A stretch of 64,000 bases of DNA from Bugula neritina (taxonomy: Eukaryota; Animalia; Bryozoa), in NCBI GenBank assembly GCA_964035545.1, contig OZ037771.1, forward strand, positions 7,163,190 to 7,227,189, given 5' to 3'. Each line of letters opens with the position of its first letter. Positions within the stretch are counted from its first letter, which is position 1. Positions 40,801-52,800 of this stretch are shown here, piece after piece. The position numbers were made by a program, and so were the translations under genes. The notes below the pieces were generated by a model that saw only the letters and a program-made list of their open reading frames with translations, was not told where the DNA came from and did no database searches.

Positions 40801-41626
40801 CTACAAACAACATCAGATGGTCGAGGGGACCAAACTCCAAACTCTCCACATGTGTATCTGGTTACACTACTTACGAGTTCATAGCCTGGTTCACACTTTG
40901 GTTGACAAGTTAAACCGACCCAAATTGGGGGTGACTCACAGGATTGTTCATAGAATGAGCCACTTATTATACTTGATAATGGTGGACATATATTGCCTGA
41001 AAATAAACAGCTGCAATTAAAGCAATAGTTTTGTATCACATAGACTAATGTTGCTTTTATACTTTTACTAGAAAACTATTTCATTCATAGGTAATATTAC
41101 TAGCCCAAGTACAACCTTATAGTCTTAGTGATTGTTTTTGGAATTATCACAGTGATACTGAGATCGCTTCGTTATAGCGAAATACAATTCGCTAAATTAC
41201 TATAACTCCATATTCTATGAAATTTTGGCTGTTTGTGAATTTTATAAGTATATAAACGCAAAGTTAGTCTTTTGCATTGTATATGTTACTATTTTATATG
41301 TATTTTAAAATCTTTTGCAGGCATTTTAGATTAGTAATAAAGTTCATTATGAATTTTATTTGGGCCGTTTATAGAACTATTTCAAGACCTCTGTTTTAAT
41401 AACATAATTATATATATTAAAACTTTCTTACTTTTGCAAGCTATTGAGCCTTCGTTTGGAATCCAACGCCCGTCATAATTGCACACGTATTTAACATCTG
41501 TTCCATTAATAAAGTACCCAAAGTCACAAGCCACCGAACAACGAATTCCGACTCTTTGACTTTGTTCATGGCAATTAAGTGGTCTGGCGAAACCATGTTG
41601 TATGCCACCAAGCTTTTGGCACATTC
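21291..41626 (-). CDS. Gene A: type I membrane protein, 16x CCP - 4x FN3-like - CCP - TM - ~480-aa cytoplasmic tail (~2,000 aa); 32 coding exons found, signal-peptide exon not located
   Basis: All 32 exons have GT-AG boundaries and join in one open frame to TGA at 21293-21291 (...NAEVWNSRKKTLEKNPRSSK*). Exon coordinates are given in the sub-features. Confidence 0.9.
26013..26112 (-). CDS. Gene A transmembrane exon
   Basis: ttcag|..KISVSKAVPVEYIIGGGIMLIVLFMLLACCVY(R)|gtcagt: ~20 hydrophobic residues, then CC and Arg. Not in the ORF track. Confidence 0.9.
27054..27257 (-). CDS. Gene A membrane-proximal CCP (4-Cys type)
   Basis: NLCRHPSNLNG...YKLRCYNNYEL...TWTCTINGLWEPTANCI: a canonical C..C..C..W..C sushi pattern in a 204-nt phase 1-1 exon. 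Confidence 0.85.
27759..31015 (-). CDS. Gene A: four fibronectin type III-like domains
   Basis: Exons 31015-30722 (294 nt), 30288-30137 + 29424-29292 (152+133), 28900-28712 + 28412-28272 (189+141) and 28046-27759 (288). FN3 hallmarks: PSLPKDIRL..IEYTEP..FENVQSGSECSFKFKT; KASWNE..PGATYEFSAKA; PNAPRDF..FGWTY..EYVAYAFTQSKGRNSSFS. Confidence 0.8.
31368..41626 (-). CDS. Gene A array of 16 six-cysteine (selectin-type) CCP/sushi exons
   Basis: Exons: 41626-41432, 40996-40799, 39478-39278, 38660-38463, 38062-37871, 37597-37406, 36914-36717, 36514-36323, 35458-35261, 35079-34888, 34686-34489, 34031-33840, 33462-33265, 32955-32764, 32110-31913, 31565-31368. Each is 192-201 nt, phase 1-1, pattern CPPL..NG...C...G..C...C..GY...Y.C...G.W.P....C. 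The ORF track does not show the CCP frame of 37406, 35261 or 34888. The first acceptor could instead be 41648. Confidence 0.93.
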
Positions 41627-43002
41627 CTTCACAAATCACAGAAATACACTAATATTCAGCCTTCAGGTCAGGTAAAAAGCAAGCTTAGATTAAACACATT
41701 GCAAAATCACATAATAATATATCTGCTTAAGTTAAAAATAACTAACACACATGTTTTAGGCACACACTAATTAAAGAAAAGAAAAATTTTAAAACTTGTA
41801 GCTTACTAATTTACCAACTGTAAAAAAAGTTTCAAATTTATAAGAATAACTTTTCGTTTTGTTTTACTTACTTTATCTAAAAACATTAAAATTAAACGTT
41901 TGTAAAATAAGATTGCAGATCAAATGCTAAATGCCAAAGCAGGCAGACATTTTAATTTCTAAGCACAAACTGTAGAGTACTGTGAGGTTTCAACTTTAGG
42001 GCTGTAGCTTTCACTATAAAGGGATGTGAGGTTTCACTATTGAGCTTGTGTGTAATTAAAGTTGCTTGGATTGGTTCACTGAGTTTTTATTGTATCAGTA
42101 ATTCATAACCGAAATAACAACAATCCTGAACTTCATTGCAGTTTAAACTATAGTACACACCAAGCAGTTAAGCATTTAAACTCAAATTGATATCATATTG
42201 ATACCAAAATAATTGGTATTCTTAACTTACAACAGGGTTACTACTCACACAAGTATCAACTGAAAGCACTTATGTTTACCTTGTCTTTGTCCTTCAATTC
42301 TGTAGGTAAACTGTAGAAAAATCAGATATAAAGCAATATAAAAGTTCATAATAAACCTAGTATCAGCTTAGAATATATCAGGTTAAGAGTTTACTTTTCC
42401 ATTTGCACGCAACAATCAATAGTTATATTTGTAGTTACGTTATGGCATCAGGATACATCATACTATAATTGTTTGATAATTGTACATGTATAGCAGCATA
42501 AATGTAACTTGGCAATTCTAAAGATGTATGATCAAATTAAATATACTTATAGAAAAAAAAATTTTCAAGTGTAAAATATGTATGATAAAGATATTTTGCC
42601 TATCTCTTAGCTACTATAGTACTACTTTAGCTATCAAAATGATGCCAAATTAAGAATTATGCAGTCATTGTAGCTAATATACTAAATTGTGACACCTGAT
42701 GTTAATGCATAATTATTTTTATAAAAAAATGGCACCCAAGAGTAAATAAAACATGATTGAAGACAAATAAAACAGTAAAACCACATGTTTTTAAAATTGT
42801 AAAGTTTGAAACTATTCAAATTTAAATAAGTGACACAAGCCAAAAATAAGTTTATCATGTATTTTACTAACTAAAAGAGGCAGCTTATAAATAATTTTGA
42901 TTAAAAGAACACCTGAAAGTTTAAAATATTGTAGAAATACCAGGCACAAGATTGACTTGGCAGTTAGAGTCGGAGTCCCCTCGTGCAGTTATTACTTTTA
43001 CC

Positions 43003-44815
43003 CAGGGATGTAGTGGCAAAAATATTCTAGGCCATACTCTGAGGCCGGGGTCCAAGGGGCCGCCCAGGCCCCCGGCGGGGTCCGCGGCAGCGCCCCTGCC
43101 GCCGAAGCTCTCAGAGCACTTCTGATGCAAATTTATGCAATTTAAAGCCATTGTGAATTATAATTCTTCTGAAAAAAATCTGTGTTGAAATGTGCACCTC
43201 GCTATTATTTTCATACCATACCAGCTATATGACGACTGGGCATTGCTGCAAACTATATAAATATTCAGTATTGTCCCATACCTGTTGACTGTAATGTGAT
43301 GTAGTCTTACTCAACTGCAGTTAGGTTTGTTCTGACACTAAGTCCAACCCGTACAGAAAAATTGCTGAATATCTCAAAAAGATGGAAGGATAGAGGCAGG
43401 TAACAAGTGCTCTCCAAATGCAACCTGATTACTTCAAATAACTAATACACTGCACACTAATACACTGCACAAAAAAAGAATAATAGATCAGAACAAAGGA
43501 AGATTGCTAATCAAAAGATGTGTGTTGGTTATTTATAAAGAGCAATTTGAATTGATAACTCATTGGCAAGCAGAAATTGGTTGAAAACCTGTTTGGAGTT
43601 TCATAGGGTACTAGTCTAATCCATAAGGTGATACCGCCACACCTCCTTACACACAATAACGCACACCCAAGAAGAGTATGTTAACTTGGTTTTAAAATAA
43701 AACCCCTGAGCTTCCACTAGATACATCAAGGAAATATACCCCAAAAGAAGAAATTTTACAGGTTTAATATGTGTTAACCTAGAAGATGATTAAATGTAAA
43801 GCCAGACATTGGTACTATCAAACATAAAGGGTTACTTATAGTGGTGTACAGTTTGCAAAACCTTATTGCATTGATAATTAACATGCAATAACGCTAGGTT
43901 TTTGACCAAAATGTGGATATAGTACCTGTAGACCTCAGTGATAAATTTTCATTAGCCTCTCCTACACACCTGGTACTGTTTCTTGAATACAATTTGATTT
44001 TATTTCTGGATTTCATGTAGGTTTTTTCCAAATTCCATTGCTTATCGACAAAATGCAAGTCCACATAAGATAGATAAGGGCAACCTTCTAGCTGTCACTG
44101 CTTTGCTGAAGCCACGGTATTGGTATATTATAAGAATTCAGTCCAGCCAAATAAAACCTCACTTAATTGTGCTAGAATTAAAATTTAAAAACCAAGTTTT
44201 AGAGCTTCCTGTTCCTCAGAGCACCTGCCTTTTTGAGATTTCAATATTTTTTTGCAAAGTTATAAACAAAAACTACCCATTTTTGGCCAATTTTACCTGA
44301 AAAGTTTATTTTTCAATCCCTGCCAAATATCTCAGCAGGAAAGCATGGTATTGGAATAGAACAAACACCGTCGGAAACCTGAGAAATTTATGCATAGCAT
44401 ATTTTTTTATCCTTTCAATAGCCTTTATAGATTTTCTACAAATTAGTGATTTATACACTGAAATGAAATATTTCTTCCTTAGCAATCACCAATGCACAGC
44501 ACTTCGCGCCTCAGTGAACACGTAGAGATGAGAAGATGGAATGTTGATACCTGCGTATTAGGCCTATTCATAGTGTAATCTCAGGCTAAACAATCACAAG
44601 TAGGCAACACGCATGCCACCCACATAGCATTAACATAACAAGGACTTAAACTAGATTGTGAGCAAAATTTATGATATTCTCGGTGAGGATGCCCCAACTA
44701 TCCTGTGCACTAATCATTTTCAAAAATATGCCCATACGGGCGTATGGCCTAGAACAGTCTATTTTCTTCTAGGCCATACGGCGTATGGGACCGTATGGGT
44801 ACCACTACATCCCTG
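43003..44815. mobile_element. Non-autonomous hAT-superfamily DNA transposon (1,813 bp)
   Basis: Perfect 14-bp TIRs CAGGGATGTAGTGG / CCACTACATCCCTG and a perfect 8-bp TSD CTTTTACC at 42995-43002 and 44816-44823. Subterminal TAGGCCATAC/GTATGGCCTA repeats at both ends, a GC-rich left end and no transposase ORF. Confidence 0.92.
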
Positions 44816-45554
44816 CTTTTACCACTCTAATAGCCAATATCCAAGCCGTACAAGCTGGTAGTAAATTCAATGATTGTGAGGCAGTTACGGCCCATCACCT
44901 CAAGTTAGCTTGTAGCTAATCTGATAATTGCCATAAACCACATTACATTCACACTATATGCAAATATTCAAGAGCAAGGGCTACAAATAGCTATCATAAA
45001 TGAAAAAGGAGCATTCCTGGGCTATCTGTGCTTTGATAAATAAAGAAAAACTGCTATTTCTAACGCTTCTCAAGAACTAGGGCTTTATTCTTATTAAAGT
45101 AACCAGTTCATGCCCAATCAGTTCAGCTGATTAGTTAGATTCAGCAGATAGATGACTTTATATTCTAAAAATACTTTATAAAAGAAGTAAAAATAAAGTA
45201 TGATAACTTCTTCTGTGCTTTTATATAATAGTATTTCCTTACCTATTGCCAAACATTATTAATTGGTTAATAAAACACTTGCAAATTTACAGTAAATGCT
45301 ACGATACTTTGCTGTTGGGCAAATATTTCACATTGTTTTCTGTTATATACGTATTATGCTTTGTAATGTAGATAAGTATAAATATAACTTAAAATTTTAG
45401 GGCTAAATAAAATATAAAACAAATAGTATATTGTTTTATTTGGTGAACATAAAAATAAATTTAATTCTCACCTATTTTCGCCTTGTCCTGTTCAAGTAGC
45501 AGGCTCAACTTTAATGTGTGTTATATAATATTATACGTGCTTGCTTTGTTTATT

Positions 45555-45755
45555 ATCTGAGTACCTTCTAATTTTGTTACCTGATTCCTATTGCACGAGT
45601 CCCAATACCTCAGTAGCATTTTCTAGGAGAGGTTTACACAGAGTTTTATATGCCAGGATTTTAACATTTTTTGGAGCATTTCCTAGTGTGAGCTTGATTA
45701 GTCCTGACGCTCTGTATGCCTTTGAGATCACATTTTCGATATGCTCATTCATAAA
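45555..45755 (-). mobile_element. LINE (CR1/L2-type) RT C-terminal fragment
   Basis: Minus strand NEHIENVISKAYRASGLIKLTLGNAPKNVKILAYKTLCKPLLENATEV, then after a frameshift WDSCNRNQVTKLEGTQ. Matches the HI..I.SKA.R.LG....KLLAYKTLVRPILEYASxVW.P....LE.VQ pattern. Confidence 0.82.
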
Positions 45756-46740
45756 ATATAAGCATAAATAAGCTATTTAAAGCTACTGATGATAATTTCT
45801 TTGATAGCTTCAATACTGCATAGCTATTCTACGCTATCAAGCTAGCTAATGGATCCTAAAAAATAATTGCCTCAGTATTCACTGGATGTACAACTAAGGA
45901 GGACTGCCGGCACAACTTAAGGTATTTTATAGTCCATGATTACTTAATGTTACGATGTGTACTGCTTAATGACAACTGAAGGAACAAGTACTGACAGAAA
46001 ATATTTTAGAATATAAAAATAGAACAGAGTAAAAAGGGCAATCTATAGAAATTGCCTTCCCTTGTAGCAACTCATAGAAATTGTCTCTCCCTGTGTCAAC
46101 TCATAAAAATTACCCCAGTAACAATCTGTAAAAATTACTATTAAGTTTTTATGTTCTAAAATAAGCCGAAAAAAGTTTTAGGTGGTATTAAAGCATAGCC
46201 GCAATAATTTTATTCATAATGTTACCTTTGTGAGCTACTTATACTCAAAATCTTGATAATTTTACATATGTTGTGAAAAAAATTTTTTAAGTCATCGGTG
46301 GCAAAATTTATTGGTGAGTTTTTGCATTGCTACTACTCGAATACATCAAAACACTCAATAATACAAAAAATGTATATGCAATGTAACTGCCAAACTTGAG
46401 CTGTTATATTATATTGTTCCTAAAAATAAACATGCATATTTGACTCTGAATACCATATTTATAAAAAAATGTTTGAAAATTGCATTTATCTGATCATGAC
46501 TTTGTATGAAACAACATCAATGAGTGTTTTGTTTCAAAATGATGTCTAAAAATTGTTCGTTAGTAAGACTAAATTTTGTCAACTGTGCTCACCAATTTAA
46601 TAAAACAATAATATTAAATTTTGTAATGAGATCACATTATGTCATGCTTCAAAACTGATTGTTGCATTTGATTTATTCAGTAAATACTACGCTTTTAGTA
46701 GCAAAATATAAACTAGTCTAAGTATTCATTTTTTCTAAAA

Positions 46741-46813
46741 ATGTATTTCCATATTGGTATACATTTGCTGCTAGTGCCTGCGTCAATGGCTATTATTCAA
46801 GCTCCTGCATCAC
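46741..46813 (+). CDS. Gene B first coding exon, signal peptide
   Basis: aaaATG, MYFHIGIHLLLVPASMAIIQAPAS, then C|gtaagt, a phase 1 donor compatible with the first CCP exon at 47078. Confidence 0.75.
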
Positions 46814-49800
46814 GTAAGTTTTTTAATATGATCACTAAACCAAACCATGATACACTCATGTTATTGATCGTAGTTTGTTATTTAAAAATTCATTTTTTTG
46901 AAACACATTTTTACCTGCGGTCTATAAATATAAAACACATCATGTAAATTAACCAAGGTCTAATTGTATGTGTTTAAGTTAAATACGTAAAGATTTATTT
47001 AACAAAATAGCTGCATCAATATAATACTATTTGAATAACCTTGACAAAGCCATGATGCATTTGTTTGTTTTATTCAGCCTATTGTAACAAACTCAGCGTA
47101 TTCCCACATGGAGTTACCATACCAAGAGGTTGCCAATACTCGGGGCAATATCCAGGCACAAGATGCAGTGTATCATGCAACTTCGGATATGTTCTCAAAG
47201 GTTCGGCTGATAATATATATACATGCAGCAGTAAAGGGAGATGGGTACCAGATGATGGAACCATAACTTGTCAAAGTGAGCAAAATCTTTATATATATCT
47301 GGTAATAATATAGGGTATAATATAGACACAGGTATGAATATATATATATATATATATATACCGTAAAGATGCATGTATTTTTCCCACGCAAACTTTTTCA
47401 ATATATATGCTAAAAGTTTATATGACACCTTTAGATCAAATTTATTTCAGACTAAACTATAGTTTTGCCTCCAAGACTAATATTTTGGTAGGAAACGGCA
47501 ACATATATGTGTAAATTGAGTTTATTTAATTAATGTAAGTTATCTTCTCATATAAAGTATGATCAAATTGGTTATGCAAGCCAAAAAGTCATTAAAAAAA
47601 GCTGCAAAAAAGTTTAAAATTTTAAAATCAGAAATGTATTGTCTTCTATAACTTGTTTCCAAGTTTTTCATTACATCATTGAAACTGAGTAAACAGCTTC
47701 AATTATTGATCCTCACTTTTAATCTGGAAGCAAAATAAATTTTACACACCTTTTAAATAAATAAACCCAATGGTGCATACAAATTTTGAAGTTAAGTTCA
47801 TGCCAAAAGCTCTCTATCTCATTATCTAATAATTTAATTATAAGCTAGAAAGGTTGTTATTGAAAACAGAAAGTAACTGTTATAGTTTGCTTATATTCAT
47901 GATATGCTATTTTAGCTAATGAATGCCCATTGCTATCCTCTTTGATCAGCGGATCTTTCCTTGAGCGTTCTTGTTCAACATCTCCCATTTGGGCTGGAAC
48001 AACCTGTCAACCAAAATGTAACCCGGGGTTTGAGCTTGTTAGTGATGTAAAGAAGTACACATGTGTGCAAAATGGCGTATGGTCGCCCAGACCTTCTGAT
48101 GTTGTCTGTCATGGCAAGTATATTTTAGTCGCGAAAACACGTTCTTACACATTGTTATATAGTATTATATATTTTACATTTATTTAATAACTTTTCAGAT
48201 TATTTATCTAAAATCTAATTACCATGCATTAATGAACTGTTCGAGTGTTTTATAATGTCATGTGATAATACATATGCTTTTTTTTAAAAACTGTTATAAC
48301 TAAGCTATTATTGTATTTGTAGGCTTAAATAATATGTAACTTAATTTAGTTGAAGTTGAATAGTATTACTTACACCTGACTATAAACAAACTCTTCACCA
48401 AGTACATAAATGTATTTTGACTCCTCATTGGGTTTTCGTTTATATTATACCACCAAATATAAGACAACAATATATCAAGTATGCAGTCCAAAATAAAGTT
48501 AACATTAATTATTATTCAACAATTTGTTTAAAAATAGTGCTTCAATTTATTCAGGTCGTTGTCCGCCACTAAACAATCTGGTCTACGGTAAAATATCACC
48601 CTCACGTTGCTTTCAACCTCAGCAGAGTGCAGGATCAACCTGCAGAGTGAGTTGCGACGGGACGTATGTACTTGCTGGATCCGAAACTAAGTACGTTTGT
48701 CAGACTACGGGACACTGGCATCCTCAAATCAATAGCATTTACTGTGAAGGTGAATTATACATCAGTATTCATTATATAGAAAAACAACAGCTCATATACA
48801 AATTTTGGGGAAATAACTTAAGTAAAACCTCAATTTTGCTTGCATGTAATCAAATTAGTGATAACGGTCAAACATTTTTAACTTTAATTCTTACTAAATT
48901 CTTCGATATGTATGTTTTAGCCTAATTAATATTTATTTAGTTTTATTACAAACAAAATCTGTTTAAAAATTTTATGAATTGCTTCATGCCAAATTGACAT
49001 TATTAGGGAAACGACAAAATTTTTAATTTATTTCAACTACAGAGAGTAAATTTATAACTGCTTGGAATTTTAATTTTCATGCATCATGATTGGTAACAGT
49101 AACTACTTAGAGAATTGTACAAAATATATTCTGCATACTTAATTGTTTATAATTTAATTTTGGGTTTTCAACACTATATATTTTTAAAATAACTATAAAG
49201 TCTTTATATTTGAAAAATTTTATCTCCTTTGGCATATTTTCTTGATGAGCCGAGCATAACTACTCATATACATAAACGTGCTGATTTGCAAATTGTGCAT
49301 ATATTTCAGGGAAAAGTTTTCATCTCAATGTTTGCATAGTTTTAAAGCTTTACTTTTTACAGCAACTTGCCCTCCATTGAATAGATCCAACAACGTGATG
49401 TTCTCGTCTGACTGCATGACAAGCAGACCTCGAGCAGGAAGTGTATGCGTAGCGCAGTGTATTACTAATAGATATGAACTCGATGGGGTGTATACAGAGC
49501 ATGTATGCAGTGCACAAGGGGTTTGGGGCCCTGTGCCTGGAACAATAAAGTGCAAATGTAATCATCATTTTCTATTGTAGTGTTTGACTTGACCTATTTT
49601 TAGTTTTGTTACTTGAAAATTTTAGTTGTACATGATGCATCATGTGTCATAATTGTGATTTTGATTAAAATAACATGCTTAATACTGTTAAGTGGAAGAA
49701 TTAGATATAATATATAATGTGTAGATAGACTAATTTACTACATTTTATCAATTCCTCATATTTAAATAGTTAACTGCTCACAGTGCATATGGATTCAACT

Positions 49801-52800
49801 ATATTTGAAATGGTCTTTAATTTTATAAAGTTTAAAATTAAGTTGAAGGATGGCAAAAAACATTTAAATTTTAATGATTCAGTTACATATTACCTTTGTA
49901 TAAGTTTTGTTCTTTGCAACATGTAAAACTGGTTCAAGTAATAAGAATTTGTGCTTCAAAAATTTTTTCCTGCATTAAAATTTACTTTGAAAAAATATGT
50001 AAATTTTATGTAAAATTATTGTTGTAAAAGCAATAACCCTTGTGTTATTCTTTGTCAAATTTGCCTCTGTTTTATCATATATGCTAATTATTCACTAAAG
50101 TGTTCGTGAAAAATGCTGAAAAGTGTTATGTATGCATTAGCAATTAAATCATTTTTTTATACAATGCAACTTCAATAGCTTATGCATATTTGTTTTGCTG
50201 GTTTTGTTTTTCCTTGTTTTATTGTATGTAAAGTTTTCACAAATCATAAAAATTGCTGATGATTGTTTTTTGCTTCACATGTACAACATTTCTGTTATTG
50301 CTCGCAGCACGCTATTGTCCACCTCTGAGGAGTGTGAAAAATGGTACTTTTCTTGACCCGGCTTGCAAAACAAATCAATACGGCATTGGCGCCGTTTGTG
50401 TTGTTGGGTGCGATGCTGGGTTCAAAAGCACATTTCCACCAAGTAAATACTTATGCAATGGAGAGAAAGAGTGGTCTCCATTTATGAATTCTATAAGATG
50501 CATCCGTAAGTTTCAATTTATTTATGTACCAGGTGAACAGAAATGATTAGTATGAATAGTAAACTGCAGTGTGCTGTAGAATATATAGCTTTTTTTGGCA
50601 AAAATTACAGATAATTGAAATATATTTTATTGAACATTTATTAGAATGTAATACATAAAACTACTTTTCTTCTTATATATGTATATAGTTTGTCGGCTCC
50701 GTTGAGACGAACATTGGGCAACGAGTTTAAACATTATTGAAATAAAAAGACTTTATTGTTATTTGTGAAACACATGTAACTTCTAAAAATGATCAATATG
50801 TTATTTCTTTGGCTATAATCACTCAGAAAAATTTTAACTAGCATGCAGCTGCAATTTGTATGTTTTGTTTGACAGCTTGCCTTGCAATGTAAGTATTGGC
50901 CACAAGCATTTGCGAGGTTTTTAAACAAAAACATAATATTATTTATATGTCAGATGATAGAAAATACAATTCTCTTTTGAATCTTTTTTAAACAAGTCAA
51001 TTATTTTGTTTCAATAGAATGCATTCAAACTATATTATATGTTACCCAAAAATGAGAAAACTTTAAATTTGTCAAAATTAGGCTGTGTATAGGTAAATGG
51101 TAAACAATTGTACAAAAATTGATTGAACTGGTCAACATAAACTGCTTTAACTTACTGATTGCAGGTCCCAGCTGTCCACGTTTGTCTTTTGTTGCTAACG
51201 GGATCATATACCCCCCTAGCTGTACCCAAGGGTGGACTCCTGTGAATCAAACGTGTCGCGTCCAGTGTCAAATCAGCCACGAGTTTACTGGATCAAATGC
51301 CACCTACTTCTGTGTAGATCACAACACATGGTCCCAAACCCCCTATTCTTCAGTTTGTCAACGTAAGCTCATTTGAGTTCCTTTATAATTAGTCATTATT
51401 ATAAATCACAATATCGATTTTCTACAAATTGATTAGGGATAAATTTTGCATTTTGTTGTAATTCAGTTTTAGTAATACTATTTTTTCAACTATAAACATT
51501 TAGGATATAAATACATGTATGTTGTTTATGAAAATAATTATCTAGGTAACTATATATACTCACATTTATATATAATATATGCCTCAAATATTCAAATCAA
51601 ATTTGTAGGTGGCATTATATGATAAAATGTGGAAGTAAATTAGGAATGCTATTTTGAGGCCTAAATACATGCATATTATTAAATAACTTTGAAATATATA
51701 ATTAAATAGATTACTAGCTTGGCAATTAATCTAGACTGTTTGCATAATTAAAAATTATAAAGCTTCCCTTTTATTGAATGGGATTTTTCTTGTGTTTCCT
51801 AAAAAAACAAAGAACTGAGTCATTGTACCTAATGTAACGAAGATGCTAAACTAAAAAATTTGTCGAAGTCAACTGATTATAATGAAACTCTGTGAGAAAT
51901 ATAAAACACGTTTCAGTATTTCCAGCTTACAACAGTTCAATTATTTGAAATGCTGTTATATTTTTCATCAAGATCATGATCATTAGTTTACATGATGATA
52001 TCACTGCTAAAAGTCACATTGGTGTTTTTGTGAAACTATTTTTACTGAAGCTCATATTTACTTTTTAATGAGAAACGAACTTACTTAAAAATAAATTTCT
52101 TGTACCAATTGCAATAGTTAAAAAAACTGGTAAACCAAAAATTTTAAACTAATAAGTTGTACTGATCTCTAAGAGCTGTCAAATGCATTTTATTGTAATT
52201 TAGTTGTAACGTATCATATTTTTATATCCATGTTTAACATATTGAAAGCCATTTCTATTTTAGCCCGCTGTCGTCCTTTAGTATATGTTGATCATGGGAG
52301 ATCATCAACCCACTGTCTGAACTTTCCGCAAAGTATAGGAAATGAGTGTAGGGTTCGCTGTGATCCTGGCTATACAGTGTCACCACAGAATGACATATAC
52401 AAGTGCAACCACACCGGGGACTGGTTGCCAGCTCTTCACTCAATAATCTGTCAGCGTAAGTTTATAACAACAGTTTATTTATGGTGAACTTATATAAAAA
52501 TAGTGAGAAAAAACATCTTAACCAAATCTATTTGATTGAATCCTAAAATAGAATATATAGCAATCTTTTGTATGATCATAAAAATGCCACACAAAACAGA
52601 TGTAACTATAATATCACTGCTGTAAAAATGTTGCTGATTCAAACACAATGCTTGCCTAATTTTCAAGTGTGAATAACATCATTTGTAAACTTTATTGACA
52701 ACTTTTATTGTTTTGCAATTAGACCTTAACTAGTAGCAGTTGCTAAATTTGTTATTTTAATCTTTTGGATATATGCTGTATATAACAACTTATAATTTAC

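Noticed and set aside
42231-42310. Candidate first coding exon of gene A (donors at 42248 and 42230)
   Set aside because: No ATG-initiated hydrophobic frame in the right phase; it could still be a UTR exon.
42921-43151. Gly/Ala/Pro-rich ORF
   Set aside because: It spans the GC-rich terminus of the hAT element and its flank.
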